Made by a program: the position numbers and the translations under genes | Origin: Nageia nagi | Taxonomy: Eukaryota > Plantae > Pinophyta | Length of the DNA: 64,000 nucleotides | Direction of reading: 5' to 3' | NCBI GenBank assembly: GCA_050084985.1 | Contig: JBITNC010000001.1 | Location: forward strand, 63,302,001-63,366,000 | Notes under the pieces: generated by a model | Seen by the model: only the letters and a program-made list of their open reading frames with translations | Database searches by the model: none | Told to the model about the DNA's origin: nothing | Part shown: piece after piece, positions 51,101-59,929 of the stretch | Layout of the letters: the number at the start of each line of letters is the position of its first letter | How positions within the stretch are numbered: the stretch's first letter is position 1

Positions 51101-54100
51101 TTTCCCTATCTGCAGCTGTGTAGGGTGACAACATGAATTCTTCAGCACCCATAGGCAATGGCACACATGGACAAAAAATAAACCCTATTTGGAACATTGA
51201 AAAGAGGATGCAAAATCAGGGCAATGAATATGTAGCTAGATCTACTGCAGCAAGATGTGATTTTTGCCCTCCATTCATCTCCTGGCAGCCAACCATGTTA
51301 TGTGGAACAAGAAGAAGGTTCAAGAAGCAAGAAAAACCATTGCCAATTTTTGATATTACTCAAGCATTCCTTTCAATGTGGCAAGATCACCACATTGGGA
51401 GTACACGGTCAACGCCATCGCAGTTTGTTGTCCAATGTTCAACATACATGACCTTGAGGACCCTTGCTTCTAGATGCTGTTACAGATATAAACCCAGAAA
51501 AAATTGAAAGAAGGGCTGCAACATTTTGACTGATGGCTGAACGGATACAAGAGGAAGAACTTTAATAAATGTTATGGTTTCTTCTTCAAGAGGGTACGTA
51601 TTCTTGAAATCTGTTGGTGCATTAAGAAAAATAAAAAATGCTTAGTTTTTATTTGATCAGATTGCGGAGGTCATCCTAGTTGTGGGCCAAGAAAATGTTG
51701 TCATGTTATCGTGGCTAACACCACAGCATATGTTTCAGCAGAAAAGAGGAGAGATTCCCTACTATTTTTTGGAGTCCTTGTGCCACTCATTCCTTGATTT
51801 ACTTCTCGAGGACATTGGGAAAATTAATTGCTTGAAGAAGGTTGTAGAACAAGCAAGAACATCAACAAGTACATCTAAAATCACCCATGGGTCCTCAATT
51901 TGATGAGGTTTGATTTAGATAAGGACATTCTCCATCAATTATTACAAGTTTTTCATCTTATTTTCATTTTTATTTAAATTATTTTTGATTTTCCATTTAA
52001 ACTAAAAAAATTACAAATAATTATGTCATTTGTGCATTCAGGTGTTACATGCTTTGCGACAGGTTTTATTTCATCGCAGAGTGTAAAAGAATCAAGACCT
52101 ACATTGAAACAAATGTTTGTGGGCAACCAACAGTTAGAATCCAGATATGCACGTGAGAGTGAAGGTATGTATGTTGTCAAGTTGGTTTTTGATGATGCCT
52201 TTTGGAAGGTAGCACATGAGATTATTTAGGTATGATTCTATTTCAACTTTAAAACTTTTCAAATTATCAATTTAAAAATTTTAATTTATTTGAGTATTAA
52301 TTGCATAATTTGCATTGAAGTCTTCAGAGCCCTTGATAAGGGTGCCACACCTATTGATGGCGATAAACCCCCTATGGGCTCCATTTATGAGGCCATTAAT
52401 AGGGCCAATGACACTGCACTTTCATTTACTTGTACAGATATTACGCATTTGAGACATCGTTGATAGTAGATGGACAAAAATGCTTAAGAAGCATATAAAC
52501 ACAGCAAGGTTTTATTTGAACCCCAAGTTCTTTTATTCAGAGTTATTTTAGGCAAATTTGGAGGATTCCATAGGCTTGCAAGTGACTATAAAGCGCATGG
52601 AACCCAACATGGCTACAAGGAATAAAATTATAGATGCACTACCTATCTACATATGGCTACCTTTTCCAACATGAACAATGTCTTTCTTTATGCAAGGGAA
52701 ACTCAAGCTCCAGGTAAAAACAAGTTTGTTTGTAAAACTAACACAAATGCTATTTACTTTATTGAATTGTTCATCTAATATGAATTAAAATCTTATTTCT
52801 TTTTTATTTTTTATTTTTCAAATTTATAATGGTAGGATTATGGCGCTATGACACTAAATCTTAAAAAGATGACAATCAGAATTTTATCCCAACCATCTAG
52901 TGCTTCTGGATGTGAGAGAAATTGGAGCATCTTTGAATATATCCAATCAAAGAAGTGCAACAGGCTCACCCAAGAACGCTCAAATGATTTGGTATTTGTG
53001 CATTATGACCTTTCACCTTCCTTCACCTTCACCTTCGCCATAGAAAAATTTAAAGAATAAGTCATAAGGTGATAGATTTGAATGTCATTGACCCTTTAAA
53101 TCCACATTCAAAATGAGTATCAGACAAAAGGTAGGTCCCGTTTTCGACTTCTCCTTTGAAGTAATGGAGGCCATGGAGCAAGAAACAACAGCAATGGTGG
53201 AGGAAGAGGCGCAAGCAATAGCAACAGCAGCACAAGAAGAAAAGCCACCCGCATCACAGCCATTACCAGTGAAAACTAGGAGCAGAATACCAAGAAGAGG
53301 AGCGCATCATGAAGCTGATCTTGTAGTGAAATTTATGTCATTGACCCTTCAAATCCACATTCAGAATGAGTATCAGACAAATAACCGAAGGTGGATCCCA
53401 TTTTGTTCCGAAATTTCATAAGAGCCATAACAGATGCAAAGACTGAAGAATGAAGATAAGCCATAGAACAAGAAGCAACAGCAATGGCGGAGGAAGAGGC
53501 GCAAGCAATAGCAACAGCAGCACAAGAAGAGGAGCCACATGCATCACAGCCACTACCAGTGAAAACTAGGAGCAGAATTCCAAGACACAGGAGTGGCAAA
53601 GAAAAGATGTGAAGCTGATCTTGTAGTGAAATTTTGAAAACTGAAATTTTTAATGTATTTTGGACTTTAGACCTTGATCCTTTAATATAAAGCATTGCAA
53701 ATCACTTTCTACTGTGTTACTTGATATGGAATGTCTAAAATGGCAAAAATGTATTTTTTATATTGAAAACATGTATATTCTACTATTCTCTATTTTGTCG
53801 AGTTTTCCCAAATTCCAGTTTTTGCTAACTCAAGAGGCAAAACGAATAATTGTGGAGCTCGAGTGTTGCTACAATGGTTCAAACCAGTATGGCACAAATT
53901 TGAACATATTAGGTAAACTAAAGAAAATTCCTTAAGGTAAAGGATGTGAGTCATATGGATCCAGGTGCTGAGATACGAAAATAATTTCTCTTTGTGCTCT
54001 AATTGCAAGCAAGTAGATCATAATGCGCAATCTTGTCCAGCCAAACCTGTTCGAAAAGAGTGGTGGCCAAAACAATGCTCTTAAGGACAAATGATAGGTC

Positions 54101-56042
54101 AAGCAGATGAAGAAGGAAGAAATAACAATGCAGAATTCGAACGAAAGGATCCAGAATGTAATTTGCAACAGTTGGAGCTTTCAACCATTCCAACAATCAT
54201 AGCTCAGACACATGGAGGTGAAGAATTTGTGGCATCTGTTCCTTCTGTTATAGATTCGGTAGCAGCTTCCCCTGATGACAATCTTTCCTCTAGAAACCAA
54301 GATATGAATCCAAATGACCAAAATTCTCAAGAGACTGCTAATGAATGGACAGATGTTATATTTAAAAAAGAAAAAAGCCAAAAAGGTGATCAATCTTCAA
54401 ACTCAGAGGAGTCTGTAGTAAAGAAAAACAATACAAGAATGATGCCCCGTAGTGCCTCCAAGTCTGCAAATGTTGGTATCAGACATGTGGGAAGACCCAG
54501 TAGTAGTGAAGTACGTGATACAGAAGTGGCCAGGGAAATCACTGATGAGAAACAATCAACACTCAATGGTTTGGAGAAAGGGTTTCTTCTCAAATTTGAA
54601 AAGAAATAAGAGGTTGATGAAAGGTTGTTGATCCTCATGCTACGGTTTCTGTAGCAGATCCACTCTAGGATGGTAGTCTTATCATCCCCTAAAATTCAAT
54701 GTCCTTCTACACAACACTGCAGAGTTACCGTAGTGCTTAGGATAGTATGTTAGAGGGTTAAATTCCTGTTTAAAAAACCTCTTTTACTTTTTCTTACAAA
54801 AAAAAAAAATACCTTGTATGCCTATCCCTTTTTTTTTTGGTAATAAATAATTTTACCCTTACCAAAAAGTGTACGTCGTATGCCTCCCCGCAAGCTGACT
54901 ATGCTGTAAATGAAAAACTAACTGACCTGAAGAACTTATTTCCATTTATTTACAAATGTTTAACGCCTGCAAGATTGGTCAAAAAAAGAAACCCACTTGA
55001 ACTTATAAATTAAAGTATTGTCCACCTTCTTTATTTGCAAATACTTGATGCAATGCAAGCTAGGTCAAGGATCGAAAACTATTTTAACTTCTCTGGTACC
55101 ATAAGGTAAATTCTGTAAGGAATAAGGGGCATGTTGACTAGGTTGTGACTTTCAAAATGACCTATGGCTTAATCTAGAAAATCAAAAATAAAAGTAAACA
55201 CACATTGATCCTAATCGCAGCTAGAAAAAATATATATATGACCTTTCTTGCAAGGAGAAATACAATATTATAATAACAGCTGAATATTGACCTTCACAAG
55301 AGAAAAAAAAAAAGTCAATAAGATGGGATGGAATTAAAATTTGTCAATTAAGTGAAGAGGCTACCTGTGCCAACACCTGGGGCTGGATATTATGGGGATT
55401 AAATTGGCTGGGTTGCCCAGAGAGAATTGCAAGATGCCCAACACCCTGACCCTGTCCCATCATCCCCGTTCTCCCCAGCGCCCCTAGTTGTTGTTGCTGC
55501 TGCTGTAAAGCATGATTGAAGGGCATTGGCGTGTGCCCATAAAATGTGGGAGACCTAGAATTATATTGTTGCGATTGACTAAGCCGTGGTACAGAGGCCG
55601 ACCTATGCATACCTGTAGGGGACTGCATGGGATTCGAACCCATGACCGCCAAATTCTGCTGTGAGGAAGAAGACGAAGCAGCCAATGCTGCAGAAACCAT
55701 CATCTGCTGCTGCTGCTGTTGTCTTAGAATTCCGGCTTTCTGCCCAATGAGCTGAGCCGTCTGACCTTGTAAACCCTGCTGGAAGGTAGTCACCCCTAGG
55801 TTTTGTGGCATCTGTCCCTGGTTATTGGAGGGCAATGGCCCCATGGAGTTAGAATTAGGGTTAGGACTTATCTGAGCAGCCAAGGCAGCTTCTACACCTG
55901 GGCTGCCTCCTACTGAATTGGGCATGATTGAAGCCATGCCCAGAGCTGCTGTGGAGGTGGTGTTTGAAGCAGTTGGTGGCCTTCCTCCTGCTGCTGCTGC
56001 TTCTTGATTATTGAGAATGTTATGTGGAGAATCTCCGCTCAT
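26979..56042 (-). CDS. TAF12B: TAF12b-like transcription initiation factor TFIID subunit 12; 8 coding exons, ~612 aa if two 1-nt deletions are corrected (frameshifted as assembled)
   Basis: Exons 56042-55365, 43812-43606, 39664-39150, 29373-29300, 27843-27765, 27608-27544, 27365-27330 and 27161-26979, all with GT-AG introns. A Gln-rich N-terminus precedes ILGKRSIQDLVAQ/VDPNEK.DPELVDFLSELADDFLNS/ATEWGLAFAKHRNSPILDDKDMHLHL/VKNYKLSVPGF/SEAHLQRLAA, which matches the TAF12 histone fold. The 12b versus 12 assignment rests on the long Q-rich N-terminus. Confidence 0.9.
27330..27365 (-). CDS. TAF12B: TAF12b-like exon 7, 36-nt micro-exon (SGSEAHLQRLAA)
   Basis: Acceptor GTGCAG, donor GTACAA; matches the TAF12 H-x-x-R-L-A motif. 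Confidence 0.82.
27544..27608 (-). CDS. TAF12B: TAF12b-like exon 6 (VKNYKLSVPGFTSKECNKKMRP)
   Basis: Acceptor TGTTAG, donor GTAAGA; 65 nt restores phase 0; PGF motif. Confidence 0.87.
27765..27843 (-). CDS. TAF12B: TAF12b-like exon 5 (ATEWGLAFAKHRNSPILDDKDMHLHL)
   Basis: Acceptor AAGCAG, donor GTTAGT; 79 nt; AKHR motif of TAF12. Confidence 0.88.
29300..29373 (-). CDS. TAF12B: TAF12b-like exon 4 (histone fold); 1-nt deletion at 29354/29355
   Basis: Acceptor ATGTAG, donor GTAAGT; 74 nt where 75 is needed. GTT GAC CCG AAT GAG AAG C-A GAT CCT GAA... gives VDPNEK(L)DPELVDFLSELADDFLNS. Confidence 0.88.
30990..32030. repeat. Degenerate ~71-72-bp tandem array (about 14-15 units) in TAF12b intron 3
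   Basis: The motif AAGACAA(A/G)A-n3-TGACTT...GC(A/T)TGCGC recurs near 31000, 31143, 31216, 31357, 31428, 31500, 31645, 31716, 31929 and 31998, with spacings of ~71 or ~143. Confidence 0.75.
32293..35200 (+). pseudogene. Decayed transposon accessory ORF (non gag-pol), probably from a Ty3 LTR element
   Basis: TATAAAA at 32126 and ATG at 32293. Codon-like frameshifted fragments include PELCIEVSQHCKMDERVLRDIRGEVIMDFSP, KF*MNSYLMYLL and SYIRIYGSSIEWYQLPQYVNNKLILMEM. LTR-like DNA follows. The family assignment is from memory of conifer repeat proteins and is unverified. Confidence 0.55.
34780..35141. mobile_element. hAT-family MITE (362 bp)
   Basis: Terminal inverted repeats (TIRs) CTAAGTTGCACGAAA / TTTCTTGCAACTTAG (14/15). 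8-bp TSD GACAAAGG (34772-34779) / GAAAAAGG (35142-35149). Subterminal GAAAC/GTTTC repeats. Confidence 0.85.
35265..37184 (+). mobile_element. LTR-like sequence (one or two LTRs; boundaries uncertain)
   Basis: TGTACAC start after a decayed purine tract; TATA-like boxes at 35521 and 36439; CA ends at 36132 and 37184; no TSD found. Confidence 0.4.
39150..39664 (-). CDS. TAF12B: TAF12b-like exon 3 (Q-rich through the start of the histone fold); 1-nt deletion near 39250-39252
   Basis: Acceptor TTGCAG, donor GTAAAC; 515 nt where 516 is needed. The frame switches from ...GSQPVT to PASSALPTSGTNNQGNEGSTLILGKRSIQDLVAQ. Confidence 0.88.
43606..43812 (-). CDS. TAF12B: TAF12b-like exon 2 (ARQKQAQMQ...SLSSPQ)
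   Basis: Acceptor TTATAG, donor GTACGC; 207 nt, phase 0-0, open frame. Confidence 0.88.
44200..47330 (+). mobile_element. 5'-truncated plant L1 LINE: RNase H domain, long 3' region with extra coding remnant, poly(A)
   Basis: WKPSPLGVGKLNPDGASRENQGQA (44323-44395), KICVEADSQLLI and KECNKSADRLTN match plant L1 RNase H motifs. A12 tail at 47319-47330. Left boundary approximate. Confidence 0.8.
47331..48070 (+). mobile_element. L1 ORF1 C-terminal fragment followed by non-coding 3' sequence, no ORF2
   Basis: Frameshifted GRTSTSTVRTKETA.DIANRTQNIL...EKK* parallels GRPSSSEVRDTEVAREITDEKQSTL...EKK* at ~54490-54609. Confidence 0.55.
48075..48350. repeat. ~137-bp tandem duplication, two near-identical copies
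   Basis: TGATCTAATG(T/C)AAATACAAGTTTTGGGACCC...TATACTTTATT(A/G)TCTTG starting at 48075 and 48212. Confidence 0.93.
50571..53876 (+). mobile_element. hAT DNA transposon (DUF659-type transposase), decayed, both ends present
   Basis: TIRs CAATGTAGCAATA and CATTGTAGCAACA (reverse complement of the right end). 8-bp TSD CTTCAAAC (50563-50570) / GTTCAAAC (53877-53884). Transposase GCNILTDG*TDTRGRTLINVMV, DLLLEDIGK and dimerisation domain IRILSQPSSASGCERNWSIFEYIQSKKCNRL. Confidence 0.92.
53082..53633 (+). repeat. Tandem duplication of the hAT transposase 3' end (~250 and ~300 bp)
   Basis: ATGTCATTGACCCTT...GAAGCTGATCTTGTAGTGAAATTT at 53082-53334 and 53335-53633. Confidence 0.88.
53934..54809 (+). 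mobile_element. 5'-truncated L1-ORF1-only retroelement (HAL1-like) with poly(A)
   Basis: WIQVLRYENNFSLCSNCKQVDHNAQSCP (CX2CX4HX4C, from 53956) is in frame with ORF 54091-54609 apart from one TAA at 54082. A ~190-bp UTR leads to A12 at 54798-54809. Candidate TSD AAAATTCCTT (53924-53933) / AAAATACCTT (54806-54815). Confidence 0.75.
55365..56042 (-). CDS. TAF12B: TAF12b-like exon 1 (226 codons, Gln/Gly/Pro-rich)
   Basis: ORF 55344-56042. Donor CAG|GTAGCC after 55365; an alternative in-frame donor CAG|GTGTTG lies after 55377. Confidence 0.88.
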
Positions 56043-56167
56043 TTTCTATTGAAATTCAAAACCCAACAAGGACAGAGACGACGTCTCCTAGTAGTAGGAG
56101 GCTGGGAACAAGGTCACAAAATTTAATTCAAGAAACCAATTGTCGTTTCCATATATGGAAGCTATCA

Positions 56168-56243
56168 TGTCGTTCCCAGAATATAGGGTTGTATCTTTAC
56201 CCTTTTTGTCATCTGTCGTTCCCAGAATCTAGGGTTGTATCTT
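56168..56243 (-). promoter_or_regulatory. 30-bp direct repeat with telo-box-like core, 125-200 bp upstream of the TAF12b ATG
   Basis: TGTCGTTCCCAGAAT(A/C)TAGGGTTGTATCTT at 56168-56197 and 56214-56243. AACCCTA on the gene strand matches 7/8 of AAACCCTA. A regulatory role is inferred from position only. Confidence 0.45.
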
Positions 56244-57299
56244 GACACTTCTTTTTCATCTTAATATACGATATTTTTATAATATAAATGTATTATGTAA
56301 AAATTGATTAAATAACAAAAATAATGTAAAACTTTTAAGAGGGAGGTTTGAGGTTTGTCTTTTTGTTGAGATCATACAAAATTTAGTAATTATAATCTTG
56401 TGCATTGGGTACGTTGAATAAGATAGAAAGTATTTATTATTATTACTATTATTTTTATTATTATTATTATTAATTTTTAATTAATTTTTATTATTATAAT
56501 TATTATTTTTTATGAAAAAGTAAATTATATTAAATAAATGCTTTTACATTTAAAAAAGATTGTGAAGGATAGTAAACATATTTTAAGAACTTTTCACATT
56601 AATCTTAATAATATATTAGGAGTTTGATAGCAAAAAAATAGAGTTGTTGCAAGGAACGGTTATGAGCCCACGTATTAGGATGCATCAAAAAAAAGGGACA
56701 TGATCATCATAAAAAACATTAAGTAACATCAACTAGGGAACCCTAAGTGGGTAGTTCTTCCTTCACCATGTTCTCCCATGTATTCGTAGGGATAGGTTGA
56801 ATTTACCATCCATCACCTTTGTAACTACATGCATTACTAGCTTCCACGTCTTCCCCCATCCTTATGCATTAGTAGTGGGAGAGGGAGAATGTTGAGTATC
56901 CCAAGCACTATTATTGTGATCATTGAAAGCAGTAGGGGATGTCCTCCTCATGTCAGATGTGGCGAAGTCTGCATAGGCATTAAAAGTATACCACCATGAT
57001 AATGTGAGGAACTCATACTAGGATCACACCCCCGTTGTTGGACTGGAGATGGTTGGGACTATTATCGCCCTTTATAATATGAATGGTTTCGCTTTGGTGG
57101 GCGATGATAAAACCATAATCGAGAACAAGGGGCACATTGTTATGAATCTTTGGGGGGGGGGGGGCTAACTAAGCATGGAGCATTAGCCCAATAATGTAGG
57201 AGGGCACAAAGGTGATTTAACTCCATCTCCACCTTAACTGCTTGGTTGCAAATTTGTATCAAAGTATCAAGAAACAACTTTATCTTGTTAGCAACTGAG

Positions 57300-58800
57300 A
57301 AATCATTAGAATTTCTTGATTTTTAAAAACTATTCTATTTATGACCTTCCAGATATAAAAAAGCAAGGTAATCCTAAAGATATGACAAACTTCTTAAAGA
57401 GGAAGGGTCATGTTGGCACTATCACCCAAGAGAACATGATTCCATGAAATATTCCCAAATATATCCAAGGTAAAAAATATATAAAACATCCATTTCCATG
57501 CAAGTCTATCACACTTGTAGAATCAAAAAAAATGCAAGCATGACTCTCTTTCATTATAAAATGCACACTTTGGATCTGGAACACCTAAGTGAACCAGTCG
57601 ATCTCCAAGAGGAAGGCCTTAGTAGAGTAGACTCCAAGCAAAAATGCTTGTTTAGGCTTAATGTAGGAAGCCCACATAGAACCAAATATGAATTTCCTTT
57701 GATAATTAAGATAAATTAAATACTACTTGAGATAAGGAACCATAGGGTAGAAAGGGGATAGTCATGAATACCCATGTCGAGCTTTATAATCCCTAAAAGG
57801 AGTATTTTTAAAACATGATCAATGTTTCAACCATGGTCTTTGCAATCTCCTTCCAATTTTCCTCCATAAATTAAGAGGAGTATTGTCAATAATTGCATCA
57901 TAGGTATCCTTATCTGCATTTGTCAACTTAAACATGTATATGAAGGAATTCTAAGGAATCCAATCTTTGTTGATTGTTAAGAAGAAATTTGCAATTGAGA
58001 TAACACCTTTTTTAAAGAATTTTTTGGTATGAATCCATTACATATGAGCAAGAGGCATGTCACAAAAAGAAATCATTGAAGACCGTTGGATATTGTGATA
58101 GTTAATGGAAAAGTCATGATTGAATTCATTGCCTTTCCACTTGAGCCAATCTGTAAGTTGTTGCCAAGCCTACCAAATACTCTTAATAAGAAAGTAGTCA
58201 TAAATCTTAATAAAAACTAGAGGTATGATAAGAGAATGAAAGTTTATACCTTTTCAAGCTCGCTTGTTAAGAGGCAATCCCAAGGATACAAAATATCTAA
58301 TCAAAACTTTCTAAGTCTTAGTTCCTTTTATTATAGATAATATGTATGATATCATTTTTTGCAATTTTCTAACATTATTATTGAAGATAATTTTGAGGTT
58401 AATTTGTAATTTATTGATGTTATAAATGCCACAATATCATATCCAAATATCCCAAACCCAACAAAATTAGTTGGAAATCTTATAAATTTGAATTCATCCA
58501 ACCAAAGCACCACTTTTTCAATGCATTATAGTTTTGAGTTGAGACTGATGGATGGGTTGAAAAGGAAAACACAACTTTTCATGATCATCAAATGCATTCA
58601 ATTAACCACTTTCCTTCCATGTCTTTATCCTAAGTTCCAAATTTTGTGCTCACCCATCTAGAATTTTTACCAACTTCATTCACTACCTCTTGTAGTTGCT
58701 TGCATTACATTATTTTGCTTCCATGGCATGTAACAAAGATAAAGCTTTGAGAGCCAAGAAAATTGCAGAGAAGAAGTTAATGGGAGAAGATATAAAAGGG
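57300..58800 (-). mobile_element. Decayed L1 LINE ORF2 C-terminal region; boundaries approximate
   Basis: Minus-strand remnants resembling the post-RT G.G motif (~58450) and zf-RVT (MWASYIKPKQAF..., ~57520-57680); heavily frameshifted. Confidence 0.55.
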
Positions 58801-59099
58801 AGTTATAGGTTTTCTTAGAAGGCCCATAAGTTGTACCTTTATATTAAGGGGTTATCCCACTTGATAAATACTATTAAGGTCCATCTTGCAACCTAAAAGA
58901 AACTTGACTCCTCAGGACTAATGGATTGGTATGGGCCCATCTTGCAAGTAAGTTCATCCTTTGAATTTGATGCATCATTCATTAAAAATAGTATAAAGGC
59001 ATTACTATGTGATTGCTATGGCAAGGGTTTCATAGGGAATGAATATAACATAACAAGATCTTGCTTGCATAACTCAGAAAAAATATTTTATGAATCACA

Positions 59100-59560
59100 A
59101 CTAAAGAGTGTTCATACTGTAGAGATTGTAATGGGAGGAGGGAAAATGTTTTATGACTCACAGCTCTTCAATATCAACTGATGTATCATTTTTCAAAGTC
59201 ATGTCCAACAAATTCACATCTTTGGTGAGTAAATCCGCATGTTTAACCTTTTTTCTTATGTTGAAAGTGAGGTTTAAGTCTAAAGGTTTATGGGTAATTT
59301 TGGTTTGCAGGAGATTTCTTAACACTTCCTAAAGAAGATCAGATCATTAAGGGGTTGTAGGCATGCAATTATGGAGAGTCCAAGTGGTGGTTTATGGGAT
59401 ATTATATTGTGTTATTCTAGTAATTTTGCATATTTGAAAGATGGTTGGGAAGACTTTGTATCCCATCATTCAATACAAGTGCAAGATATTCTTATCTTCA
59501 TACATGTTATGGATGTTCATTTTCTTGTTCAAATCTTTTGAAAATAGTGGAAAAGAAAAA
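59100..59560 (+). pseudogene. REM/VRN1-type B3 DNA-binding domain gene remnant, two exons
   Basis: KCFMTHSSSISTDVSFFKVMSNKFTSL, then an 86-bp GTGAGT...TTGCAG intron (59225-59310), then EIS*HFLKKIRSLRGCRHAIMESPSGGLWDIILCYSSNFAYLKDGWEDFVSHHSIQVQDILIFIHVMDVHFLVQIF(fs)ENSGKEK. The FFKVM, SPSG..W, GW..FV..H and F.V.IF..SG.EK motifs are typical of REM B3 domains. Stop at 59320-59322. Confidence 0.85.
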
Positions 59561-59929
59561 CAATGAGATATAACATGCCCATTCACTCCAGTAGTGAAAA
59601 TGCCTATAATGTTTAAAGTAAAACCAAAGTTTGTTACGATTGAGAATGGTTTGGATACTAGGAAGCTTCTTAAAATGAAGTCTAATTATTTTAAAAAATA
59701 GTTATTTTAAAAAAATTCAAAATCAATTATGATCAAACTAAAAATCAAAGAAAAGGCATTCCCTTTTTTGCCATAAAGTGGAGCCATCTTCTTGCACACA
59801 CCCACATATGTTTTAGAATCTTTATAAATTTTCAAATGCATATAAAACCTGTCAATATATCCATAAAATATAAACCATTTAATTTTCATAACATTCATAA
59901 AATATAAAACATTATTATGAATCATTTAA

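Noticed and set aside
58869-58873. TACTA as a decayed CACTA terminus enclosing the B3 remnant
   Set aside because: A 5-mer in AT-rich DNA, with no partner TIR available in the window.
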